Both the position numbers and the translations under genes were made by a program. DNA of 64,000 nucleotides, from positions 51,874 through 115,873 of the forward strand of contig CAKRQU010000002.1 in NCBI GenBank assembly GCA_934394585.1, read 5' to 3'. Source of the stretch: an uncultured Eubacteriales bacterium. Its GTDB lineage: Bacteria; Bacillota; Clostridia; Oscillospirales; CAG-272. Position 1 is the first letter of the stretch. The number at the start of each line of letters is the position of its first letter. Below, piece after piece: positions 29,002-37,141 of the stretch. The notes below the pieces were generated by a model, which saw only the letters and a program-made list of their open reading frames with translations, was not told where the DNA came from and did not search any database.

Positions 29002-29187
29002 TATGTTTTTGTATATTTTTTCTGCATTTTTGTTTTTTTGTTTCTTTGCCCAAAGATAGAGTGTACTTTTGCGAAAAAGTACCAAAAAAAGTTTTTCTCT
29101 TGCCCAAGAGAACGGGCGACCACAGTCGCCCGCTTCTTTATCCTGCTTTTTTTAAAAAGAAAAACACACTATCCTCGCATGGAGGGA

Positions 29188-29219
29188 CAAAAAACGTCGG
29201 AAAAATTCCGACGTTTTTT
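29188..29219. terminator. bidirectional intrinsic terminator
   Basis: AAAAAACGTCGG-AAAAATT-CCGACGTTTTTT, directly after the CotF-like gene stop. Confidence 0.65.
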
Positions 29220-29223
29220 GTAT

Positions 29224-29466
29224 TTATACGGTGAATTTCTGCTTTACGGTCTGAATTTTATTCCGGTCGGCGGGAGTGGTCTGATACCAGCCCTTTGCCG
29301 CCATTTTTCCGTATACGTTATCCTGCATACCGAGGCTTTCGCCGAGCGCATCGCCGAAAGCTTTATGCACATTTGCCGTGCAGGATTCTATTGTACCGTG
29401 CATATACAGATCGCATACTCCTTTTTCGAGGAGCAGCAGAGTTTCCATTAGATTTCTGTCGTCCAT
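29224..29466 (-). CDS. spore coat protein, CotF-family-like
   Basis: 80 aa. DRNLMETLLLLEKGVCDLYMHGTIES...HKAF resembles the Coat_F domain. GGAGGGGG RBS. Confidence 0.6.
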   Translation of the reverse strand: MDDRNLMETLLLLEKGVCDLYMHGTIESCTANVHKAFGDALGESLGMQDNVYGKMAAKGWYQTTPADRNKIQTVKQKFTV

Positions 29467-29481
29467 TTTATTTCCCCCTCC

Positions 29482-29655
29482 TCAGAGCAAACCGAGAAAG
29501 CTCTGATATATTTTATTATGCTTTTCCAGCATCACAGATACGAGATTTTTAAATTCCGGGTCCTGTAAATTTGCCATTGCTTCATCGCATTTTGTTTTGA
29601 AATATTTTTCGTGTCCGAGCGCGTCTTCCACATAAAGAAGTTCTTTTTCAGTCAT
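29482..29655 (-). CDS. small spore-coat-associated protein (CotF partner)
   Basis: 57-aa ORF below the track cutoff: MTEKELLYVEDALGHEKYFKTKCDEAMANLQDPEFKNLVSVMLEKHNKIYQSFLGLL. GGAGGTG RBS. Ends 15 nt before the CotF-like start. Confidence 0.5.
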   Translation of the reverse strand: MTEKELLYVEDALGHEKYFKTKCDEAMANLQDPEFKNLVSVMLEKHNKIYQSFLGLL

Positions 29656-29733
29656 GATTTTTTCACCTCCGCAAATAGTTTGCCGTTTGCGCCGGACTTT
29701 TATGCGGGCAAAAAATGTTTTTTTGCGGATTTT

Positions 29734-30444
29734 TCAGCCGAGATGTATCATATCATACATGCCGTAAAGCCCGCGGCTTTTTCGTGAAATAAAATCAGCC
29801 GCCGCCACGGCACCGCGCGCAAAAACGCTTCTCTCATGCACATCGTGAGAAAAAACAAGTGTTTCGCGCCCGTTTGATATCATCACCTCATGATATCCGA
29901 TTATTTTTCCTATGCGCACGCTGGAAATGCCGATATCGCCGCGCTGTCTTTTGCCGTCGCCGTTTCGCCCGCATACTATGTGCCCGCCGCGCGAAAGCTC
30001 TCTCGCGAGCATAAGTGCCGTTCCGCTGGGCGCATCCGCTTTTGCCGCATGATGTTTTTCCGTTATTTCTATCTCGGCATCGGGAAAAAGCGCCGCTGCC
30101 GCGCGTGCCGTTTCCAGAAGTACCGCTGCGCCGAAAGACATGTTTTCCGAATAAAAAACGGGAATGACAAGCGCCGCTTTCTTTATGGCGGCATGCTCCG
30201 CTTCCGATTGTCCCGTGGTGGCTATCACGCATGGGATTTTTTTCGATACGGCAAAAGAAAGCGTTCTCTCTGTCGCGCTGTGTGAAGAAAAATCTATTAT
30301 CACATCCGCTTTGCCGCCGTAATCGTAAATATCGCGAAAATGCGATTTTATATCCACAGATGCCGCTATATGCATACCGTCGCGCAGATTTGCCGCCACT
30401 TCTCTGCCCATTCTGCCGCAGGCACCAACAAGTATTATTTCCAT
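29734..30444 (-). CDS. dapB: 4-hydroxy-tetrahydrodipicolinate reductase
   Basis: MEIILVGACGRMGRE NAD-binding N-terminus. ITEKHHAAKADAPSGTA matches the E(x)HHxxKxDAPSGTA motif. Confidence 0.8.
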   Translation of the reverse strand: MEIILVGACGRMGREVAANLRDGMHIAASVDIKSHFRDIYDYGGKADVIIDFSSHSATERTLSFAVSKKIPCVIATTGQSEAEHAAIKKAALVIPVFYSENMSFGAAVLLETARAAAALFPDAEIEITEKHHAAKADAPSGTALMLARELSRGGHIVCGRNGDGKRQRGDIGISSVRIGKIIGYHEVMISNGRETLVFSHDVHERSVFARGAVAAADFISRKSRGLYGMYDMIHLG

Positions 30445-30523
30445 AAGCGTTTCTCCCGTATTTTCGTTTTTCTTGTGATTTTTATTCATTCTATGCCGCT
30501 TTTGCGAAAATTGTGCCTGCGTA

Positions 30524-30552
30524 TTGACAATATACCGTATTTAATATATAAT
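30524..30552 (+). promoter_or_regulatory. consensus sigma-A promoter
   Basis: TTGACA-17 nt-TATAAT, 105 nt upstream of the HPrK-like gene. Confidence 0.55.
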
Positions 30553-30656
30553 ATAAATATAAAGCCGATCATATCGGTACAGCAAAAACAAGCGCCGCGA
30601 GCGTAAATCACGCGGCAACACGTTATAAAACCAAATTTTTTAAAAAACAACTGATT

Positions 30657-31382
30657 ATGAAATACAAAAACACATATCTTTTTGCCGATATTTCCGTGGA
30701 GGCTTCGTTTTCGCACGGCTTTTTCGAAAAGCAATGCCGCGATTACATCACAAAAAAGAAGCCCGAAATTTTCATAGATATAACGGAAAGCGATATAAAA
30801 AACGAGGCGGCACGTTCCGAGGACAAAGGTTTTTCCGACGGATATTTCGAATCGCTCGCTTTTTATCGCAGATTTTGCGATGCCGTGGCGGAAAAAGGAA
30901 TAATACTTTTTCACAGTTGCGCCATAGCGGTGGACGGTTTTGCTTATCTTTTCGCCGCGCCCTCCGGCACGGGAAAAAGCACCCACGCCATGCTGTGGAA
31001 ACAGCTTCTCGGCGACAGGGCGCATATAATAAACGGCGACAAGCCGCTCATACGCGTGGCGCCGGATAAAATCACCGTTTACGGCACGCCGTGGGACGGA
31101 AAAGAACACCAAAGCGAAAATACCTCTGCGCCGATAGCCGGTATATGTCTGCTTTCCCGAGGGGAGAAAAACGAAATTCACCGCATCGGCGCAAGCGAAG
31201 CCATGCCGCTTTTATACAGGCAGACATACAGGACAAGCTCGGCGGCGGGGCTTTCGTTTGTAATGAAAAATCTCACCGAAGCGGCTGAAAAAATACCTCT
31301 CTGGCAGCTTTACTGCAATATTTCGCCCGAAGCCGCGAAAACATCATACAACGCCATGACAGGATCGGAGAAAAGAAAATGA
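30657..31382 (+). CDS. HPr-kinase-related P-loop kinase-like protein
   Basis: FAAPSGTGKSTHAMLW P-loop in an HPrK C-terminal-like context. 241 aa. No obvious RBS. Confidence 0.6.
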   Translation: MKYKNTYLFADISVEASFSHGFFEKQCRDYITKKKPEIFIDITESDIKNEAARSEDKGFSDGYFESLAFYRRFCDAVAEKGIILFHSCAIAVDGFAYLFAAPSGTGKSTHAMLWKQLLGDRAHIINGDKPLIRVAPDKITVYGTPWDGKEHQSENTSAPIAGICLLSRGEKNEIHRIGASEAMPLLYRQTYRTSSAAGLSFVMKNLTEAAEKIPLWQLYCNISPEAAKTSYNAMTGSEKRK

Positions 31383-31648
31383 AACTCAAAGAAGGACTCA
31401 TCATTACGGAATGCGGCGACGAATACATCGCCGTAGCCGCGGGAGAAGCGGGAAAAGCCTTTTCGGGCATGATAAAAATGAATAAAACCGCGGGCTTCAT
31501 AGCAAAGCAGCTTTCTCTTTGCGATACGGATATCTGCGATATCGTAAAAGCCGTGCTCGACAAATACGATGTGGATGAGAAAACCGCGCGCGAAAGCGTG
31601 GAAAAAGTGATAGCGGCTTTTAAAAAGCAGGGACTTATCGAAAAATGA
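31379..31648 (+). CDS. PqqD-family (RiPP recognition element-like) protein
   Basis: 89 aa. Overall pattern (G.EYI.V......F.....N.TA.FI...L....T...I...V...Y.VD......V...I......GLI) fits the PqqD family. ATGA overlap upstream. Confidence 0.55.
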   Translation: MKLKEGLIITECGDEYIAVAAGEAGKAFSGMIKMNKTAGFIAKQLSLCDTDICDIVKAVLDKYDVDEKTARESVEKVIAAFKKQGLIEK

Positions 31649-33186
31649 ATGAATTATACAATACAGAATCGGCGCTCGAAAAAGTCGGATTTGTAATTCA
31701 TACGATAAAAGGCACCAGCATGATGCCTCTGCTCGACCAGAATAAAGACGCCGTGCATCTCGTGCCGATAAAGGACGAGCCGAAAGTGAACGATATCGTG
31801 CTTTTACGCCGCGAAAACGGCGCGCTCGTGCTTCACCGCATAATAAAAATAAAAGACGGCATTTTTATCATACGCGGCGACAACTGCATAAGCAGTGAAA
31901 ACGTAGAGCGCAGGCAGATAATCGCGCGCGCCGATGCCGTATATAAAGACGGAAAATACATTCCATGCGACGATAAAAAGCTTTTGAAATATGCGAAAAA
32001 GCTGCCGCGCAGGTGGTTTTTCAGATATGTTCGCGCGCTTCCGGGCGCTGTATTCGCCCACATTTTCAAAAAAGAGAAAAAGTCCGCCAAAAGCGAAACG
32101 CGCACTGTGCCGGAGGAATTCCGCTTTCTCATAAAGCTGATTTCCGCGGCGATAGCGGGAAATAAAGTGACGGAATATCCGCAGGATATTTCTTTTCGCA
32201 GGCTTTTCGACATAGCGAAAGCGCAAAGCGTAGCCGCCACGGTTTTTTCCGCGCTGGATAAAGACAAAGTTCCCGCGGAAATCTATGCCGAATTTGAAAA
32301 GCATTATAATGCAAATCTGCGCAGAGAAATCCTTTTTGATGCGGAGCGCGAAGCCATCCTTTCCGAAATGGAAATGGCGGGCATAGCTTATCTGCCGCTG
32401 AAAGGCATTATTTTGAAAAATTTCTATCCGAAGCGCGGCATGCGTGAATTTTCGGACAATGATATACTATGCGACGGCGAAAAATCGCATGAAATCGCGC
32501 AGATAATGAAATCGCGCGGATTTGAAGCCGCCCTGTCGGACGGCGTCGCCGATTCGTTTCATAAAAAGCCGATATACAATTTCGAAATGCACCGCGAGCT
32601 TTTCGACCGCGATTTTCCGGCATACGCGGGCTTTGAAAATATTATGCAAAGAGCCGTGCGCGACAGTGGAAATTTCGGCTATCGCATGACGGATGAGGAT
32701 TTTTATGTTTATCAGGCGGCTCATTTTTATAAGCATTATTTTATGGGCGGCACGGGGATACGCTCCTTTGCGGATTTCATGCTGACGGAAAAATACGTCG
32801 CCGAAAAATCCGGTTTTGACAAGAAATATGCGGAAAATCTCATTTCAGAGTGTTCTCTTTCCGATTTTCTTTCAGCCGTAAAAAAAGCGACGCATTCGCT
32901 TTTTTCTCAGGCAGATGCGGATGATGAGTTGCTTTTGTATATTTATTCCAGCGGCACATACGGCTCTCTCGAAAACTATGTAAAAAACGGAGTGAAAGAA
33001 AAAGGCAGATTCCGCTATGCTCTCTCGCGGATATTTATGCCGTATCGCTTTATGAAGCTGCGCTTTCCGCTGCTTTCAAAGCTCCCATTTCTCCTGCCGT
33101 TTTTCTGGATAGCGAGATTTTTCATTTTCATATTCAGTGGAAAATACCGCAAAGCCACGCTGGACGCAATAAAGAAATCAAAATAA
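31645..33186 (+). CDS. fusion of S24/S26-type peptidase-like domain and NTP_transf_5-type nucleotidyltransferase
   Basis: N-terminus IKGTSMMPLL...LHRIIKI...IRGDN matches the Ser/Lys peptidase pattern. Central AYLPLKGIILKNFYPKRGMREFSDNDILC resembles the uncharacterised nucleotidyltransferase family. ATGA overlap upstream. Confidence 0.6.
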   Translation: MNELYNTESALEKVGFVIHTIKGTSMMPLLDQNKDAVHLVPIKDEPKVNDIVLLRRENGALVLHRIIKIKDGIFIIRGDNCISSENVERRQIIARADAVYKDGKYIPCDDKKLLKYAKKLPRRWFFRYVRALPGAVFAHIFKKEKKSAKSETRTVPEEFRFLIKLISAAIAGNKVTEYPQDISFRRLFDIAKAQSVAATVFSALDKDKVPAEIYAEFEKHYNANLRREILFDAEREAILSEMEMAGIAYLPLKGIILKNFYPKRGMREFSDNDILCDGEKSHEIAQIMKSRGFEAALSDGVADSFHKKPIYNFEMHRELFDRDFPAYAGFENIMQRAVRDSGNFGYRMTDEDFYVYQAAHFYKHYFMGGTGIRSFADFMLTEKYVAEKSGFDKKYAENLISECSLSDFLSAVKKATHSLFSQADADDELLLYIYSSGTYGSLENYVKNGVKEKGRFRYALSRIFMPYRFMKLRFPLLSKLPFLLPFFWIARFFIFIFSGKYRKATLDAIKKSK

Positions 33187-33191
33187 ATGTA

Positions 33192-33225
33192 AAAAGCAGG
33201 AAAACCTCTCGGTTTTCCTGCTTTT
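33192..33225. repeat. 34-bp direct repeat, left copy (itself a bidirectional terminator hairpin)
   Basis: AAAAGCAGGAAAACCTCTCGGTTTTCCTGCTTTT, identical to 34165-34198. Confidence 0.9.
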
Positions 33226-33315
33226 TGTTTGCGATGTGCTTTGTCCATGCGGGACAAAGGCGTACTTTTTTAAAAAAGTACCAAAAAGTTACTTTGTTCC
33301 ACGCGAGGGAACGAA

Positions 33316-34152
33316 GGTGTACTTTTGCGTGACCAAAAGTACCAAAAGTCAAAAAGAGGAAGGCATTCCTCTTTTCATCTCCTTCTGTCGCCTCGCGGCG
33401 ACCAGTGCGAACATACTGCCCAGACAGTCCGACCGTAGACTAAACCGGAAGTATGGTTCAAACCCCCGCACTTAACACGGGCTTTAGTCTGTTCAAGCCA
33501 GAACTAAACCTTCCCCCAACTCGATGTCCATCAAGCCATGCTTGCTCCGTCGGAGTTTAGTCTACAGTGGGAAGCATATCAAAAGCCATGGCGGGAGCCA
33601 ATTCACCCCGTCGAATCTGCTCGCTTTTTGCGGCGTACTTTGTTCGCACGCGCGGTATGGCTGATGATATGCGGAGAGATAGACAGAAGTTTTTTTGATT
33701 TGCTATATATAGCACATACTTGCCGCGCATTGCTTTCCGCGGCTAACTCGACGGGGTGCGAGGTAGTTTGCAAAGGAGGGCGAGGAGCCTTCCTTTGATG
33801 ACTTTTGCCGCGCTTTTTGTCAGTAAAAAGCGCGACCCCCGTCCTCCCCGTAGGGGATAAGAAACTTTTCCCGCTGACTCCGTCTCGGCGACGCCGTTCA
33901 GAGGTGGCTTCGCCACCCTGAACCCTCCTCTTTGTCAGTAAAAAGCGCGACCTCGTTTCTCGGTGGAGAAAGAAACTTGCACGGGCGACCGCAGTCGCCC
34001 GCCCCATCTTGGCAAAGAGAAACAATCCCTCACCCGACTTCGTCGGGAGCTCTGACCCTTTCTCGGCGAAGCCAAGCAACGTGCTTTGCACATTGCTTAA
34101 TTCCATTGCATAAGGAAATTTTTTGGTACTTTTGGTCACACAAAAGTACACC
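33316..34152. mobile_element. candidate non-autonomous (MITE-like) element bounded by 32-bp terminal inverted repeats
   Basis: GGTGTACTTTTGCGTGACCAAAAGTACCAAAA (33316-33347) matches the reverse complement of 34121-34152 at 31/32 positions. 837 bp with no credible ORF. Confidence 0.4.
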
Positions 34153-34164
34153 CTCCCCCTACAC

Positions 34165-34198
34165 AAAAGCAGGAAAACCTCTCGGTTTTCCTGCTTTT
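34165..34198. repeat. 34-bp direct repeat, right copy (bidirectional terminator hairpin)
   Basis: Identical to 33192-33225. Lies 4 nt from the stop of the epimerase gene. Confidence 0.9.
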
Positions 34199-34202
34199 AT
34201 TT

Positions 34203-35387
34203 TCAGTATTTTCTCCACACCATTTTATCCACTATGCCGGTATACGAACGGATTATCTTTACCACCTTGGTCGATACGTTTTCTTCCGTATAGTCGGGCA
34301 CGGGAATGCCGAGATCACCGCATTTATTCATTTCCACGGCGGTTTCCACTGCGCCGAGCAGATTTTTTTCATCTATCCCCGCGAGGATAAAGCAACCTTT
34401 TTCCATCGCCTCGGGGCGCTCGGTGGATGTTCTTATGCACACGGCAGGAAAAGCCTTTCCTATCGAGGTAAAAAACGAACTTTCTTCCGGCAATGTGCCG
34501 CTGTCGGAAACCACGGCAAAAGCATTCATCTGTAAATTATTGTAATCATGAAAACCGAGCGGCTCATGACGCGTCACGCGCTTATCGAGCACAAATCCGC
34601 TTTCATCAAGCCGTTTTTTGGAGCGCGGATGACAGGAATAAAGCACAGGCATATCATATTTTTTTGCAAGAGCGTTTATCGCGGAAAAAAGACTGGTGAA
34701 ATTCTTTTCCGTATCTATATTTTCTTCTCTGTGCGCCGAAAGGAGAATATAATTTTTCTTTTTCAGCCCGAGCCGCGATAAAATATCGCTTTTTTCTATA
34801 CTTTCCAGATTTGAATGGAGCACCTCCGCCATGGGAGAACCTATTACAAATGTGCGTTCCTTCGGCATGCCGCATTCCGCAAGATATCTGCGGGCATATT
34901 CGCTGTATGCCATATTCACATCGGAAATGATATCCACTATGCGCCTGTTTGTTTCCTCGGGCAGACATTCATCTTTGCATCTGTTCCCCGCTTCTATATG
35001 AAAAACAGGTATGTGCAGGCGCTTTGCCGCTATGGCGGAAAGGCAGGAATTTGTATCGCCGAGTATCAGCATGGCATCGGGTTTTACCGCCGACATCAGC
35101 TTATATGAGCAATTTATGATATTTCCCACCGTGGCGCCGAGATCATCGCCCACGGCATTCATATATACATCGGGAAGAGCCAGATCGAGATCGCGGAAAA
35201 ATATCCCGTTCAGATTGTAATCATAATTCTGCCCCGTATGTGCCAGAAGCGTATCGAAATATTTTTCGCATTTTTTTATCACTGCGCAAAGACGTATTAT
35301 CTCCGGACGCGTGCCGACTATAATAAGCAGCTTCAGCCTGCCGTCGTTTTTGAAACTTATATCCGAATAATCCGTTTTCATATCCAT
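34203..35387 (-). CDS. fnlC: UDP-N-acetylglucosamine 2-epimerase (non-hydrolysing), FnlC/CapG-like
   Basis: 394 aa, WecB-family pattern (GTRPEIIRL, LGDTNS, HIEAGNR, SDSG). Same operon as the CapE/CapF-like genes. Confidence 0.8.
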   Translation of the reverse strand: MDMKTDYSDISFKNDGRLKLLIIVGTRPEIIRLCAVIKKCEKYFDTLLAHTGQNYDYNLNGIFFRDLDLALPDVYMNAVGDDLGATVGNIINCSYKLMSAVKPDAMLILGDTNSCLSAIAAKRLHIPVFHIEAGNRCKDECLPEETNRRIVDIISDVNMAYSEYARRYLAECGMPKERTFVIGSPMAEVLHSNLESIEKSDILSRLGLKKKNYILLSAHREENIDTEKNFTSLFSAINALAKKYDMPVLYSCHPRSKKRLDESGFVLDKRVTRHEPLGFHDYNNLQMNAFAVVSDSGTLPEESSFFTSIGKAFPAVCIRTSTERPEAMEKGCFILAGIDEKNLLGAVETAVEMNKCGDLGIPVPDYTEENVSTKVVKIIRSYTGIVDKMVWRKY

Positions 35388-35389
35388 TT

Positions 35390-37114
35390 TCAGCCCTCCA
35401 GAAATATATTTTCGATAGAATTTATTTCATTTTCCGTCACGCCGCAGGAAAGCAGATATGAACGCGTCTGCTCCTTCAGCGTGGCTCCCTCATAATCGCG
35501 AAGCCCCTCGCGCATAGCGCGGATTTTGCCGAGAGTCATATTTGAAATACCGTATTCCTTATAGCAATCCTCCTCGGAAAGTCCCAGCATGGCTTCCAGA
35601 AGGAAGCATACTGTGCCGGTCCTGTCGCATCCGTAAGTGCAATGCAGATATACGGGATAATTTGAAGCATCGGCAAAATCGGAAAATATTTCATGTATTT
35701 TCTGCTTTCCGCTCTCGGTGAAAATCGCCATATACTGCGCCATGTCATAATATTTGTGTACCACGTTTTCGCCCAGCATATTTTTCCCGTTTACGGAAGG
35801 CGAACGCAGATCCATATCCGTATTTATGCCGAAGCTCTCGCGCATATCTTTTATTCCCGCTTCGGTAATGTGATAACCTTTTTCGATAGCCCCGTCAAGC
35901 TCTGTGCCGCGTAAAAGAAGTCCCTGACTTATTCTTCTGCCGTCAGTGGTTTTCCAGCCGCCTATATCGCGCACATTCGATATTCCGTCTATCGTGAGAA
36001 AACGCGGTGTCTCGGATGTTCTGAAAAATCCGTTTTTCGACAATGTTCCGTCGGACGTGTATGCCGTCACCCGATAATAATAAAATGTGCCCGCGCGCAG
36101 GTGAGAAAACGAAAATTCGCCTGCATTTTCGGCTATTTCATAGCTTGCAGCTCCCGTAAAAGAGGAGTTTTCCGCCACTTCCACGGTATAACGCAGAACA
36201 TTCTGCTCCGCGCCCGGTCCGTTTACGGAAAATCTCAGCGTCACTTTGTTTTCAAGATCCGTGCGCTCCCAATTCTGCGTGAAATGATACGGGATGACAT
36301 TGTCATACTTTCCGCTCATCAGATTGAGCTCGAGATACTGCCTTATTGCCTTTACCGTGATGAACGCATTTTCATTGTCGTTTATTACGACCAATTCCGC
36401 AGGCTTGGTTGTGGCGGTGGTTTCTGTAGTCGCTGTGGTAGTCGCCGTGGTTGTCGTCGCTGTGGTGGTAGTCGCCGTGGCTGTCGTCGCTGTAGTGGTA
36501 GTCGCCGTGGTTGTCGTCGCTGTGATGGTAGTCGCCGTGGTTGTCGTCGCTGTAGTGGTAGTCGCTGTGGTGGTCGCGACAGTTGTGGTTTCCGTGGGCG
36601 TCGTAGGAACCGTAGTTGCAGTTGTTTCCGTCGGTACGGTCGGAACCGTAGTTGCAGTTGTTTCCGTCGGTATCGTAGGCATTGTGACTGTCGTAGTCGT
36701 AGCCGTCGTTGATTTTGTTGTCGGTATCGTTTTTGCAGTCGATGTCGTTTCCGTAGTCGATGTAATCTCTGTCGTAGCCGTGGTTTCCGTAGCCGACGTG
36801 GTAGTCGCGACAGTCGTATCGGATGCAGTCGGCGTGGTGCTTGTCACCGTCGTTGCTGTTTCCGTAGTCGCTGTTGTCCCTGTAGCCGTAGTCGCTGTTG
36901 TCCCTGCAGCCGTGGTTACTGTAGTCGCCGTAGTCGCGGTTTCATTGGTTGTCGTGGTCGCGGTAACCGCTGTGGTATCATCTACGCCGCTTTTTCGTGT
37001 GGGTACAATCATAAAAGCTATCGAAATCATCAGCACTGCCGCGAGCGCCACAGTCATCAGTCTGTTTTTGGTTTTGAGTCGGGTATCTGCGTTTGTCTTG
37101 CCTTTGTTGCTCAT
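35390..37114 (-). CDS. membrane-anchored Thr/Ala-rich protein with C-terminal CX5R tyrosine-phosphatase-family domain
   Basis: N-terminal TM helix, then about 230 aa of T/A repeats, then ISNVRDIGG and HCTYGCDRTG (a C-x5-R-T P-loop, Y_phosphatase3-like). Confidence 0.65.
   Translation of the reverse strand: MSNKGKTNADTRLKTKNRLMTVALAAVLMISIAFMIVPTRKSGVDDTTAVTATTTTNETATTATTVTTAAGTTATTATGTTATTETATTVTSTTPTASDTTVATTTSATETTATTEITSTTETTSTAKTIPTTKSTTATTTTVTMPTIPTETTATTVPTVPTETTATTVPTTPTETTTVATTTATTTTATTTTATTITATTTTATTTTATTATATTTTATTTTATTTATTETTATTKPAELVVINDNENAFITVKAIRQYLELNLMSGKYDNVIPYHFTQNWERTDLENKVTLRFSVNGPGAEQNVLRYTVEVAENSSFTGAASYEIAENAGEFSFSHLRAGTFYYYRVTAYTSDGTLSKNGFFRTSETPRFLTIDGISNVRDIGGWKTTDGRRISQGLLLRGTELDGAIEKGYHITEAGIKDMRESFGINTDMDLRSPSVNGKNMLGENVVHKYYDMAQYMAIFTESGKQKIHEIFSDFADASNYPVYLHCTYGCDRTGTVCFLLEAMLGLSEEDCYKEYGISNMTLGKIRAMREGLRDYEGATLKEQTRSYLLSCGVTENEINSIENIFLEG
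36400..36975. repeat. in-frame degenerate tandem repeats encoding the Thr/Ala-rich linker
   Basis: Reiterated approximately 30-nt units such as GTCGCCGTGGTTGTCGTCGCTGTGGTGGTA. Protein repeats include TTATTTTA and PTVPTETTATTV. Confidence 0.7.
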
Positions 37115-37141
37115 ATCTCTGCTCCGATCATAAGTATTTTG

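Noticed and set aside
33405-34110. ORF-less group II intron (GTGCG at 33405; AGC-containing hairpin at 34074-34098)
   Set aside because: The candidate domain V hairpin is only 25 nt, with a 3-nt loop and a 1x1 mismatch instead of the 34-nt, 2-nt-bulge, GNRA-loop structure. No domain VI bulged A and no IEP ORF are present. Terminator duplication is not how IIC introns insert.
33236-34390. Several 79-187-aa ORFs inside the non-coding insert (for example 33603-34166 minus strand)
   Set aside because: They cross hairpins and inverted repeats. The peptide VYFCVTKSTK appears on both strands only because of the TIR. They have no RBS and low-complexity basic composition.
36294-37133. 279-aa poly-Val ORF and 203-aa Arg/Cys/Gly-rich ORF on the plus strand
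   Set aside because: These are complement and frame artefacts of the Thr/Ala-rich (ACN/GCN) repeat region of the phosphatase-family gene.
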